A DNA stretch of 64,000 nucleotides from Saprospiraceae bacterium (GTDB taxonomy: Bacteria; Bacteroidota; Bacteroidia; Chitinophagales; Saprospiraceae): NCBI GenBank assembly GCA_037968395.1, contig JBBKVK010000357.1, forward strand, positions 7 to 64,006. The letters run 5' to 3'. The position numbers and the translations under genes are program-made. The notes under the pieces were generated by a model that searched no databases, was not told the origin of the DNA, and worked only from the letters and a program-made list of their open reading frames with translations. Shown here one piece after another: positions 10,999-20,810 of the stretch; within the stretch, counting starts at the first letter, position 1; each line of letters opens with the position of its first letter.

Positions 10999-11685
10999 TT
11001 GAAAAAGTGGTTAACAAACTCTGGGTTAATTGCAGCTATAGGACTAGCTGTGACAATAGTACTATGCCTTGGGTTTGATTTTTTAGTGTATCCAATTCTG
11101 TTTCTAGTATTTGGAAGCCTATTGTCCAGGGTTAATAAAGGAGCATTAGAACATGATGACTCTAATGGAAGAACTGCTTGGCAAGTATTATCAAATGGTG
11201 GAGTGGGATTTACACTTGCTATATTATATTATTTTACTAATCAGCACACATTAGCAGCAGCATTTATTGTTACTTTTAGTTGTGCCACTAGTGACACATT
11301 TAGCAGTGAAATTGGTAGATATTATAAGGGGAAGACAATAGATATCTTGACAATGAATAAAATACGACCTGGGCTATCTGGTGGTATCAGTATTATTGGT
11401 ACATTAGGCGGTGTATTAGGCAGTATGCTCATTGCATTTATGGCTTATGTCATAGGGCATCTTAATTTGAATATGATGTTTTTAATATTTGTGTTTGGGT
11501 TCCTTGGAATGATTATTGACAGTTTGATAGGCAGTGGACTTCAAGCCAAATATATTATCAAGGGGCAATTATTAGAAAATGGTGAAAGAACACAGTTAAC
11601 CAAAGGATTGTATTGGATGGACAATAACCTTGTTAATTTTATGAGTATTCTAATTACAACATTACTTTTTTTAAGCTTTTTATGA
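10999..11685 (+). CDS. DUF92 (TMEM19-like) integral membrane protein
   Basis: Polytopic 228-aa protein with an ATSDTFSSEIG motif. TTG start, so the start is uncertain. Confidence 0.6.
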   Translation: MKKWLTNSGLIAAIGLAVTIVLCLGFDFLVYPILFLVFGSLLSRVNKGALEHDDSNGRTAWQVLSNGGVGFTLAILYYFTNQHTLAAAFIVTFSCATSDTFSSEIGRYYKGKTIDILTMNKIRPGLSGGISIIGTLGGVLGSMLIAFMAYVIGHLNLNMMFLIFVFGFLGMIIDSLIGSGLQAKYIIKGQLLENGERTQLTKGLYWMDNNLVNFMSILITTLLFLSFL

Positions 11686-12308
11686 TTCGCTTTTCTTCAT
11701 TTTACCCTATTAAGTCATTGAGTATATTTAATTTAATATACCCTTCTTTGATTTGGAATATGGATAGGAGTAAAAAAGTTATTTATCTCACATTTGATGA
11801 TGGTCCAACCCCAGAAATCACACCTTGGATCTTGGATCTCTTAAGCGAAACCAATATTAAAGCAACATTCTTTTGTATTGGTGAAAATGTAAAGTCACAT
11901 CCAGAAATATTTATTAAAATACTAGAAGCAGGGAATTCAATAGGCAACCACACTAATACACATGTAGATGGGTGGAAAACATCCAAAAAGGATTATTTAT
12001 CTGAAGTAGAGAGTGCTAGCAAACTTATACGGTCTAATTTATTCAGGCCACCTTATGGTAGAATAACCAGAAAACAAATCAAAGAATTATCAATAGATTA
12101 TAAATTAATAATGTGGGATATCCTCAGTGGAGATTTTGATAGCAACAATACTGCAGAGCAATGCATAAAGAATGTCATTAACAATGCTAAAAATGGTTCA
12201 ATAATTGTGATGCATGATAGTCTAAAAGCTTCAGAAAATTTAAAGTATAGTTTGCCAACAATAATCAATGATTTAAAAGAAAAGGGGTTCGAATTTAAGA
12301 CACTCTAA
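11682..12308 (+). CDS. Polysaccharide deacetylase (NodB homology, CE4-like)
   Basis: YLTFDDGP motif, HTNTH metal-binding motif and RPPYG motif. The ATGA overlap with the upstream gene suggests translational coupling. Confidence 0.8.
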   Translation: MIRFSSFYPIKSLSIFNLIYPSLIWNMDRSKKVIYLTFDDGPTPEITPWILDLLSETNIKATFFCIGENVKSHPEIFIKILEAGNSIGNHTNTHVDGWKTSKKDYLSEVESASKLIRSNLFRPPYGRITRKQIKELSIDYKLIMWDILSGDFDSNNTAEQCIKNVINNAKNGSIIVMHDSLKASENLKYSLPTIINDLKEKGFEFKTL

Positions 12309-12351
12309 ATTAATAATGTACTTCAAAGCACAATAAACTTAATCACCTAGT

Positions 12352-12359
12352 TATATTTG
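12352..12359 (+). promoter_or_regulatory. Bacteroidota -7 promoter box (TATATTTG) upstream of the yicC-like gene
   Basis: Exact TAnnTTTG match, 21 nt upstream of the ATG at 12380. Confidence 0.3.
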
Positions 12360-12379
12360 CAAAAATTAAAATAAACGAT

Positions 12380-13255
12380 ATGGTATTATCAATGACAGGA
12401 TATGGAAGAGGAGAAGCTAGCGACGGTGACATATCCTATCAAGTAGAAATTAAGACACTTAACTCAAAAAGTACTGATATTAGATGCAAGCTGCCTGAAG
12501 GATTTGTTCAGGAAGAGATACTAATCAGGCAGGTAATTCAAGATAAGGTGATGAGAGGGCGAATAGAGGCAATTGTTACAGATACCAGCCAAGCCGAAGC
12601 ACAAAATATTGATTTAGATGAAGGATTGATAAAAGCATATTTTCATAAGCTTAAAAAGATATCTGATGATTTAGGTCAAGACACTTCTCAATTGTTGCCA
12701 ACTATACTAAGAAATCAAGACTTATTAAAAGGGAAAGCTAGTAAGCTATCAGAAAAACAATGGAATGTTGTTAAGGATGCTTTAGATAAGTCTATAATAG
12801 ATTTAAATACTTTTAGATTCACAGAAGGCAAAGTCCTTGCTGATGAACTTAGGTCTAGATCCAGAAGCATAGCTCATTTATTATCTACTGTAGAGGTTCA
12901 TGAAAAAGCTAGAATAGTAAAACTAAGAGAAAAATTACTAAAAAATCTTGAGGATTTTGTTCAAAAAGATAAAATAGATCAAAATAGATTTGAACAAGAA
13001 GTAATTTTCTACATCGAAAAATTAGATATCACAGAGGAAAAAATAAGACTAGATCAACATTGCTCCTATTTTGATGAGCAAATGGATAACGAAGAATTAC
13101 AATCGGGTAAAGTGCTTAATTTTATTTCACAAGAAATGGGAAGAGAAATAAATACATTAGGAGCAAAAGCACAAGATTCAGATTTACAACAAATCGTTGT
13201 TGCAATGAAGGATGAGCTTGAAAAGATTAAAGAACAACTAGCAAACATATTATAA
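12380..13255 (+). CDS. YicC/YloC-family stress-induced protein
   Basis: SMTGYGRGE N-terminus and the C-terminal EMGREINTLGAKA motif. 291 aa. Confidence 0.85.
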   Translation: MVLSMTGYGRGEASDGDISYQVEIKTLNSKSTDIRCKLPEGFVQEEILIRQVIQDKVMRGRIEAIVTDTSQAEAQNIDLDEGLIKAYFHKLKKISDDLGQDTSQLLPTILRNQDLLKGKASKLSEKQWNVVKDALDKSIIDLNTFRFTEGKVLADELRSRSRSIAHLLSTVEVHEKARIVKLREKLLKNLEDFVQKDKIDQNRFEQEVIFYIEKLDITEEKIRLDQHCSYFDEQMDNEELQSGKVLNFISQEMGREINTLGAKAQDSDLQQIVVAMKDELEKIKEQLANIL

Positions 13256-13860
13256 TGAACTTATTGCCTTTTGAAGGTCGAACAATCATTTTTACCGCTC
13301 CATCAGGTGCCGGTAAGACTACTCTTGTTAGGCACTTACTTTCGGAATATGATTTTCTTGACTTTTCTGTTTCTGCCACAACTAGGGCAAAAAGGGACTA
13401 TGAAGTAGAAGGAAAAGATTACTATTTTCTTACAGTCGAAGAGTTTGAAAGTAAGATTAAAGCTGACAAGTTTGTTGAGTTTGAAGAAGTATATGAAGGT
13501 CAATTTTATGGTACATTAAAGTCCGAAGTCGAAAGGATTTGGTCTAACAACAAACATGTTGTCTTTGACATAGATGTTAAAGGAGCTACTTCTATAAAAT
13601 CTATTTATGGAGATAATTGTTTGGCTGTTTTCGTTAGACCTCCATCTCTGGCAATACTAATCGAAAGACTCACAGCAAGAGATACAGAAACACAAGCATC
13701 TTTAGCTAAAAGAGTAGAAAGAGTAACCAGAGAAATGACTTACGAAAATTCTTTTGATATTGTACTGGTTAATGACCTTCTAGAGGTTGCTAAAAAAGAA
13801 GCAGAATACCTCACTGAAAACTTCATCCTCGGCAGACCGTTTATGGATGAAGAAGAGTAA
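13255..13860 (+). CDS. gmk: Guanylate kinase
   Basis: P-loop APSGAGKTTL plus SATTRAKRDYEVEGKDYYF. Confidence 0.9.
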   Translation: MNLLPFEGRTIIFTAPSGAGKTTLVRHLLSEYDFLDFSVSATTRAKRDYEVEGKDYYFLTVEEFESKIKADKFVEFEEVYEGQFYGTLKSEVERIWSNNKHVVFDIDVKGATSIKSIYGDNCLAVFVRPPSLAILIERLTARDTETQASLAKRVERVTREMTYENSFDIVLVNDLLEVAKKEAEYLTENFILGRPFMDEEE

Positions 13861-13991
13861 GAATTTGAAAAAATTATAAGCCTTTCCTGCATGTTTATAG
13901 GTCCATCTGTTTTTCACTTCAATTTTCTCAAGATCTAAATTCCATATCATCCAATTGGTTATAATCCAATGGAAATAGTGTTCGTTTATAC

Positions 13992-16346
13992 TTACTTGTA
14001 ACTAAATCGAACTTTTTTGTTATCTCTTGAATTTGGACCAACCATCAATTCAAAGTCTCCTGCTTCGACTACATATTGAAGCTTGGTGTTATAGAATTTT
14101 AATAGCGAGGCATCAACAGTAAAAGTGACAACTTTGCTCTCACTAGGTTTTAATGATATCTTTTGAAAACCTTTTAATTCCTTTAAAGGTCGGCTGATAC
14201 TACCTACTAGGTCTCTAACATACATTTGCACGACTTCACTACTCGTCCTTGTACCGGTGTTGGAAATCTTAACCGATGCTGTCAATTTTGACCCATTGGT
14301 TAATAGACTATCACTTAAAGAAATTGGACCATATTCAAAATTAGCATAGCTTAATCCATACCCAAATGGATATAGTGGTTCATTTGGAATATCAAGATAA
14401 TTAGATCTAAACTTTGAATTAGTCCCATTATCAGGTCTTCCAGTGTTTAACATACTATGATATACAGGGATCTGCCCTACATGAACTGGAAAAGAAGTTG
14501 TCAATCTTCCAGAAGGATTTACATCACCAAATATGACATCTGCTACAGCATTTCCTCCTTCTGTTCCTCCAAACCATACATCTAAAATAGCCTCCATATT
14601 TTCATTTTCCCAACCTAGAGTCATTGGTCTACCATTGTACAATACCATAACTATTGGTTTACCCGTCGCTTTTAACGCTTCAAGGAGTTTCTTTTGACTG
14701 GGTTGTAACCCAATGTCAGCCATACTTGATGCTTCGCCTGTCATATCAGCTGCTTCGCCCATAACTGCAACAATAACATCAGCATTTTTTGATATTTGGA
14801 TAGCCTCTTTAATCATCTCTTGAGGACTCCTATCATCTATCTTAATTTCTTCTCCAAAAGCATTGACTCTTTTAGCGAATACTGGATCATCACTGATGTT
14901 TGACCCCTTTGCATAAAGGACTTCAGCTTTATTACCTACTACACTTTTAAATCCTTCCAATACTGTCACTGCTTTTTCGGGATCACCAGACACACTCCAT
15001 GTTCCTAACATGTTTCTTCGACTATCAGCTAATGGGCCAATTAAAGCGATTTTACCTAATTTTTTAAGAGGTAGAATGTTGTCCTTATTTTTTAACAAAA
15101 CAAAACTCTCAGCTGCTGCTTTTCTCGCAAATGCTCTATTTTCAATAGATAATATCTCTTTCTTTTCTCTTTCTTCATCAAAGTATCTATAGGGATCATC
15201 AAACAACCCTAAGTCTTGCTTTGCTTTTAATACTCTTCTACAAGCAATATTGATTTCGTTTTCTGTTATTTTACCTTCATTCAAGGACTTTATTAATGTA
15301 GTCAGAAACCCTTCGCCTACCATATCCATATCAATGCCAGCTTTGAGAGCTTGTTTTGATACTTCTTGTAAATCACCTGTGCCATGATTTATCATTTCAT
15401 TAATTGCAGTATAATCTGTAACAACAAGACCTTTAAATTTCCACTGATCTCTCAATATTTCTCTAAATAGATAGTCATTGCCTGTGGCAGGGTCATAATC
15501 TACTACATTAAAGGAAGTCATTATTGATCCAACTCCAGCATCTATTGCCGCTTTATATGGAGGCAGGTATTCGTTAAACATTCTAAGTCTACTCATATCT
15601 ACGGTCGAATAATCTCTTCCTCCTTCAGCAGCTCCATATAATGCATAATGCTTTACACATGCTAACATTGTAGTAGGGTCTTTCAAATCATTGCCTTGGT
15701 AACCCTTAATCATAGCTTTTGCGATTGCTGATCCTAAGAATGGGTCTTCACCTGATCCTTCTGAGATTCTTCCCCATCTAGGGTCTCTAGCTATATCTAC
15801 CATAGGCGAAAAAGTCCACATCAATCCGTTGGCAGTTGCTTCCTTAGCAGCTACTCTTGCTGTTTGTTCGATGAGGGCCATGTCCCAACTGCAGGACATA
15901 CCAAGAGGAATAGGCAATAATGTCTGGTGACCATGTATGACATCCATTCCGACAATAAGTGGAATCTTCAATCTTGAATCATTAACTGCAATCTCTTGTG
16001 CTTGTCTGATTTTAGCTGCTCCATTTATCCCAAATATTCCACCAACTTGACCACTTTTTATTTTACTTCCTACATCTTTACTCACGACTTCTCCAGTTAC
16101 CGCTCCTCCTGGTGTCAATAAGTTGAGTTGTCCAATCTTTTCTTCCAAAGTCATTTGAGCATATATTGCTTCTACGTTAGGGGCTAGGCTTGGCCATTCT
16201 GGGCTTATTTTTTCAGATGTGATCTTACCTGATTCAACTTTTGCGGATTTAACTTGGTCGTCTTTGTCTTGTAACGTTTTTACTGAGCAACTCAACCCTA
16301 TGGTTATTATCAAAATAGCTGTGAACATTTGAATTTTAAATATCAT
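13992..16346 (-). CDS. GH3 beta-glucosidase (BglX-like), last gene of the PUL
   Basis: 784 aa. KHYALYGAAEGGRDY and GLVVTDY (nucleophile region) motifs. Signal/lipoprotein N-terminus ending GLSC. Confidence 0.9.
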   Translation of the reverse strand: MIFKIQMFTAILIITIGLSCSVKTLQDKDDQVKSAKVESGKITSEKISPEWPSLAPNVEAIYAQMTLEEKIGQLNLLTPGGAVTGEVVSKDVGSKIKSGQVGGIFGINGAAKIRQAQEIAVNDSRLKIPLIVGMDVIHGHQTLLPIPLGMSCSWDMALIEQTARVAAKEATANGLMWTFSPMVDIARDPRWGRISEGSGEDPFLGSAIAKAMIKGYQGNDLKDPTTMLACVKHYALYGAAEGGRDYSTVDMSRLRMFNEYLPPYKAAIDAGVGSIMTSFNVVDYDPATGNDYLFREILRDQWKFKGLVVTDYTAINEMINHGTGDLQEVSKQALKAGIDMDMVGEGFLTTLIKSLNEGKITENEINIACRRVLKAKQDLGLFDDPYRYFDEEREKKEILSIENRAFARKAAAESFVLLKNKDNILPLKKLGKIALIGPLADSRRNMLGTWSVSGDPEKAVTVLEGFKSVVGNKAEVLYAKGSNISDDPVFAKRVNAFGEEIKIDDRSPQEMIKEAIQISKNADVIVAVMGEAADMTGEASSMADIGLQPSQKKLLEALKATGKPIVMVLYNGRPMTLGWENENMEAILDVWFGGTEGGNAVADVIFGDVNPSGRLTTSFPVHVGQIPVYHSMLNTGRPDNGTNSKFRSNYLDIPNEPLYPFGYGLSYANFEYGPISLSDSLLTNGSKLTASVKISNTGTRTSSEVVQMYVRDLVGSISRPLKELKGFQKISLKPSESKVVTFTVDASLLKFYNTKLQYVVEAGDFELMVGPNSRDNKKVRFSYK

Positions 16347-16359
16347 AATTAGGTCATTT

Positions 16360-17199
16360 TTAATGTTGAAAAGTGAAATCTACAATCACAGGAAAATGGT
16401 CAGAAAGGTGTCTTTGTTTTTTAGTCATTGGCATTTCTACCTTATATTTCTCTACGTTTATCCCATTATTTGTAAAAACATAATCTATTCTATTGGGATA
16501 AGATTGCTCTAACAAAAACCCATTGAAAGTCCCATTAGAAGCCTCTTCCTTTGTTTTGGCAATAGTAGATGCATCGTTGAAAGAATCTGTTAAGTTTTTA
16601 TATACAGGGTCATCAGGTGTAATATTAAAATCACCAATTAAAATAGTTGGATATTCTACTTTTAAGTTTTGGATGAAGTTATTGATAATTGCTACACTGT
16701 TTTTTCTTGCTTCTATTCCTTTATTGTCAAAATGAGTATTAATCACTAGAATAGTATCTTGACTCCCTTTTGTAAATAAGCCAACGGTTGCCGTTCTATG
16801 ATAAGCTGCATCCCAGCCTCTTGATGGCACTGAAGGTGTGGGAGATAGCCAAAGTGTTGTATCCATAATTATCTTCCACTCGGGAATGTAAAACAAGGCC
16901 ATAAATTCTCCAGCTTCCATCCCATCATCTCTCCCAACACCAATCCTTTTGTATTTGGTTAGTAGGCTGTCCATAAAGATTGTCTGATTGTGCATGGCCT
17001 CTTGTACACCTATAAAATCTGGACTCAGCGTATTGATATAATTACATAATTCTGCCTTTCTTTGGTGCCAGTTGTCTATATCGTCTGAAGCTGCATCAAG
17101 TCGAATGTTGTAGGTCATGATAGATATTGGCCCATGCTTTTGACTTTTACACGACTGCAAACCGAGAAGGCATAGAGTGAAGAGTAGAAGATGTTTCAT
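16360..17199 (-). CDS. Endonuclease/exonuclease/phosphatase (EEP) family lipoprotein
   Basis: MTYNIRLD near the N-terminus, GVQEA, GDFN and a C-terminal SDHFPV motif. Lipoprotein signal LLGLQSC. Confidence 0.8.
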   Translation of the reverse strand: MKHLLLFTLCLLGLQSCKSQKHGPISIMTYNIRLDAASDDIDNWHQRKAELCNYINTLSPDFIGVQEAMHNQTIFMDSLLTKYKRIGVGRDDGMEAGEFMALFYIPEWKIIMDTTLWLSPTPSVPSRGWDAAYHRTATVGLFTKGSQDTILVINTHFDNKGIEARKNSVAIINNFIQNLKVEYPTILIGDFNITPDDPVYKNLTDSFNDASTIAKTKEEASNGTFNGFLLEQSYPNRIDYVFTNNGINVEKYKVEMPMTKKQRHLSDHFPVIVDFTFQH

Positions 17200-17335
17200 T
17201 TTATTCTGTTTTTACTTTAACACTAAGCAGCTTAATTATTATTAAAAGGTACATATAATTGCCAATATTATACTTATCAATCTATATGATTTTTTTAGCT
17301 ATAAAGAAGTACCAATAAAAATCTTGTTTATTCAA

Positions 17336-17402
17336 ATGCAAAATATGAATTTACACTATCGTTCTTATTGTCGTCTCTACACTATGTGATGCAAAATATG
17401 AA
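17336..17402 (-). promoter_or_regulatory. Paired direct repeats in the 295-bp gap inside the PUL, a candidate internal promoter or operator
   Basis: ATGCAAAATATGAA occurs at 17336-17349 and 17389-17402 (14/14 identical, 53 bp apart). These flank two TACACTAT copies (17352-17359 and 17378-17385). On the minus strand each 14-mer reads TTCATATTTTGCAT, a near -7-box core. Confidence 0.3.
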
Positions 17403-17494
17403 ATTTTCATTAAATATCCTTTATCCAAATAGCAAAAAAGATAATTCTGAACCAAATAATTGAATTAACAATATGTTTTTAATTCGATTCAATA

Positions 17495-18841
17495 TTATAA
17501 TTTCTTTCTAACATATTCAAAACCCAATTTATCTAAGCCCTCTTGGACATCTGGACTTGACATAAATAATTTCCAGATCAAACCTGTCCTATAGTTTTCT
17601 ATCATAACAGGAATTGGGAGTTGATCAATCGCCAAATATCTAGGTAACGACCATTTTTCTTGTAAGCTAAATGCATCATAGGGCCCATACTTACCAATCA
17701 AGGTATCTTTCTCATTATAAATATATTTCAAAAATCTCATACTTGCTTCAGGGGTATAAGGGAATGAAGATAAAGCAGCAGTAGGTGATATTACACCTAA
17801 GTCATTATCGGGCTGATGACCAGCATACCCAGTCATCGAATAACTAGAAGTCATCCCCCAACATTTATCGCTATATCCTAGAAAACTATTTGGATTTATA
17901 ATGGCATGTTGCAAATGGATATTAGCATGATTTTGATTTAGTAACCAATAGTCTGCATACTTATCTTTTAAACCATGTGGATCAAGTCCCAAGTAAGAAT
18001 AATGTGCCCAAAAAAGAGGACCAACTGCTGCATCATCACTGTCATAATGATCCAAAATAGTTGGGATATCATACATTACTTTGTCTGTTACAATATCTCC
18101 TCCTCTCATAAACCCATTGTGAAAAACAGAGGGTTTTATTGCATGGTCTGGAGATGAGGCAGCTAACACATACATAATGAGACATTCGTTGTACCCTTTT
18201 ACAGCAAAATTCATTTTCCATTCATAGTTGGGTGACCAGTGCCAATAAAGCACATCTTCCCCTTTTGTAAAAAATGCCCAATCTATGGATTTCCAAAGTG
18301 TATCCATTTTCTTTGCGAGTTCTGTCTCATCAGTATTTCCACTTTTAAAATATTGTCTTGCTGTCAAAAGCCCTTGAGCTAAATATGCTGTCTCGACAAG
18401 ATCTGCACCATCATCATATTTACTAAAAGGCTGAGTCGTCCCATCTGGTTTCATCCAATGCGACCAAGCACCATGATATCTTTCTGCTTTGTCTAACCAA
18501 TTAACTAGTTTTAATAAGTGTAGGTAGCCTTCTTCTCGAGTGATAACTCCTCGTTCAATACCGACGATTATTGCCATAATGCCAAAGCCTGTCCCTCCAG
18601 AAGTGACTATATCTTGATCGTTTTGAGGATAGATATTGTCTAAATGAATTCTTTCTCTAGCAGCTCCGGACTTAGGCTCTTGCCCTTCGGTAATGTACCT
18701 AATAGTCTGCTCCTGTACCTTGTCTAATAAAGCATCGTTTGATTTATCGTTTTCTTCAATTGGATTGGAGAGTTCAACTTTATTTTTACAAGAGAAACAT
18801 ATAATTAGCAAGCATAAGAAAACCCAATTTTTAGAAACCAT
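17495..18841 (-). CDS. Glucoamylase-like (PF10091-type) / GH144-like putative endo-beta-1,2-glucanase lipoprotein
   Basis: About 420-aa catalytic region with GGTGFGIMAIIVG, HGAWSHWM, GADLVETAYLAQGLL and YWHWSP motifs that I associate with the 'glucoamylase family protein'/GH144 (alpha/alpha)6 fold. Lipoprotein signal CFSC. Assignment is from memory of the family, not a search. Confidence 0.6.
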   Translation of the reverse strand: MVSKNWVFLCLLIICFSCKNKVELSNPIEENDKSNDALLDKVQEQTIRYITEGQEPKSGAARERIHLDNIYPQNDQDIVTSGGTGFGIMAIIVGIERGVITREEGYLHLLKLVNWLDKAERYHGAWSHWMKPDGTTQPFSKYDDGADLVETAYLAQGLLTARQYFKSGNTDETELAKKMDTLWKSIDWAFFTKGEDVLYWHWSPNYEWKMNFAVKGYNECLIMYVLAASSPDHAIKPSVFHNGFMRGGDIVTDKVMYDIPTILDHYDSDDAAVGPLFWAHYSYLGLDPHGLKDKYADYWLLNQNHANIHLQHAIINPNSFLGYSDKCWGMTSSYSMTGYAGHQPDNDLGVISPTAALSSFPYTPEASMRFLKYIYNEKDTLIGKYGPYDAFSLQEKWSLPRYLAIDQLPIPVMIENYRTGLIWKLFMSSPDVQEGLDKLGFEYVRKKL

Positions 18842-18859
18842 AAAATCATTTATTATAGA

Positions 18860-20797
18860 TTAATAAGTAAAACCTAACTTAGTAAGTCCACCTTGAATCT
18901 CGGGTGCTGACATAAATAAATCCCATAGCAATCCTGTCCTATGATTTTCAATCATACATACTATCGGTCCTTGATCTATGGCTAAATTAGAGGTTGCATA
19001 CCAGTCAGCTGACTCATTATAAGAATCATAAAACCCATACGGGCCCCACATTTTATCTCCTAGGTCATAATATAACCGCTTAATCACTTCCATTGATTCT
19101 ACTGGCGTATACGGCATTGAAGAAAGTGCTGCAGTTGGAGCAATTACACCCTTATCATTGTCAGGACTAAAGGCACTATATCCATTATTGCCATCACAAG
19201 CTGTGAGACCCCAACTTCCTTTACCATATCCTTTTTTATTAAGCGGATTTGCATAACAATAACTCCTATTTACTTGAGTATGATTGGTGTTTTGCTGCCA
19301 ATAGTTGGCATACTCGTCACTCAAATTTCTTGGATCCAGCCCAATAAAAGAATAATGACTAAAGAATAATGGTCCTCCTCTCCCTGCTCCTAACGGCAAA
19401 TTAAACCCATAGTAGGTATTGCCATTTTTCATTCCTCCATTCCGAGCATATCCTGTATTATAAACATCTTTATCTATCGTATGGGTAGTGGATGACGCAG
19501 CTAATACATATGTTATTAGGGTTTCGTTGTGTCCACTGATCCTAAAATTCATGTCCCAATCAAAATCAGGGGACCAATGCCAATAGAGGGTCTTTTGTCC
19601 ACCTCTTGTAAACCAATCCCATTCAACAGCATCCCAAAGAAAATTAATCCTGTCAATCAGGCTTGCCTCTCTAGCGTCGTTTGGGTTTAAATATTGACGT
19701 AAAGTAATCAAAGCTTGTACCATGAAAGCAGTTTCTACCAAATCCGCTCCATTGTCTTTGGCACTAAATGGAAGTGCTTTACCTGATGCCCCATTCATCC
19801 AATGTGACCAAGCCCCGTGAAATCGATCTGCATTTTTAAGAAAACTCAACATGATCTCCCATCTTCCAATTGCATCTTCTCTAGAAATAAATTCACGTTC
19901 TACTCCTACGATCATAGCCATTAGCCCAAAGCCTGATCCACCAGTAGTGACCAGATCTATACTACTGTTTCTTTCTCTTGCTAAGCCACTCACTGGGTGT
20001 CCAAAATCCCAAAAATATTTGAGCGTTTGGCTTTGCACTAGGCTTAGTAATTCATCGTCTGATAATTCAGCATTACCTATAATAAATCTGTAGCTCATGG
20101 GGTCGAATTTTTTTCCTACAGAACTGCCAGTAGTCTCTTCTAACTTCAACTTATATTCTACTTGAGGTTTCAGACTAGATTTTGTGAATATCATATATTC
20201 TGCCGATCCTGATACAACTATTTTCAATTCTACTTCTTCTCCTGATTGATTTTCAATAATTATAAAATGATTTTCTAAGTTCTGTAAATTAATTCCTTCA
20301 CTTAATGTTAATGCAAAAATGGGATCAACAGAGTCTATATTATTAATTTCAGTAGAAGAAAGGGATTTATCTTGAAAAGTAACGGAAACAACAGATAATG
20401 GATTATTTACTACTTCGAATGTATAAGATTTGCCACCGAATGTAAAGCCCTCAGGTCCATTTAATTTATTACTGATAGTTAATTCATAAGAATTGCCATC
20501 AAAAAATATTTTATTACTAATAACTAATGTAAAATCCCCATCCTTCACAATATCGAAATCTAGTTCTTGATTTGTTGTTATGTTTTTAAGTTTGAAATCT
20601 TCTTTTAAATATTGAACCTCAATGTTAAACAAAAGAGCAATGGTATTTTGACCTGATGTAATCAATTCGTTCGATGAAAGATTAATATTATCAATACTAG
20701 CATCTGATATTTTGATTAAATCTTCCTGATCATGATCGGACCTTTCACACCCAAAAGATACAAAGACAAATAGAAATATGAGATATTTTATATTCAA
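18860..20797 (-). CDS. Second GH144-like protein with an N-terminal ~230-aa tandem Ig-like extension, lipoprotein
   Basis: The C-terminal ~410 aa is a paralogue of the 17495-18841 product, with GGSGFGLMAMIVG, HGAWSHWM, GADLVETAFMVQALI and YWHWSP. The N-terminal beta-rich region resembles two Ig-like domains. TTG start, signal FVSFGC. Confidence 0.6.
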   Translation of the reverse strand: MNIKYLIFLFVFVSFGCERSDHDQEDLIKISDASIDNINLSSNELITSGQNTIALLFNIEVQYLKEDFKLKNITTNQELDFDIVKDGDFTLVISNKIFFDGNSYELTISNKLNGPEGFTFGGKSYTFEVVNNPLSVVSVTFQDKSLSSTEINNIDSVDPIFALTLSEGINLQNLENHFIIIENQSGEEVELKIVVSGSAEYMIFTKSSLKPQVEYKLKLEETTGSSVGKKFDPMSYRFIIGNAELSDDELLSLVQSQTLKYFWDFGHPVSGLARERNSSIDLVTTGGSGFGLMAMIVGVEREFISREDAIGRWEIMLSFLKNADRFHGAWSHWMNGASGKALPFSAKDNGADLVETAFMVQALITLRQYLNPNDAREASLIDRINFLWDAVEWDWFTRGGQKTLYWHWSPDFDWDMNFRISGHNETLITYVLAASSTTHTIDKDVYNTGYARNGGMKNGNTYYGFNLPLGAGRGGPLFFSHYSFIGLDPRNLSDEYANYWQQNTNHTQVNRSYCYANPLNKKGYGKGSWGLTACDGNNGYSAFSPDNDKGVIAPTAALSSMPYTPVESMEVIKRLYYDLGDKMWGPYGFYDSYNESADWYATSNLAIDQGPIVCMIENHRTGLLWDLFMSAPEIQGGLTKLGFTY

Positions 20798-20810
20798 AGC
20801 AGTTTGTTAT

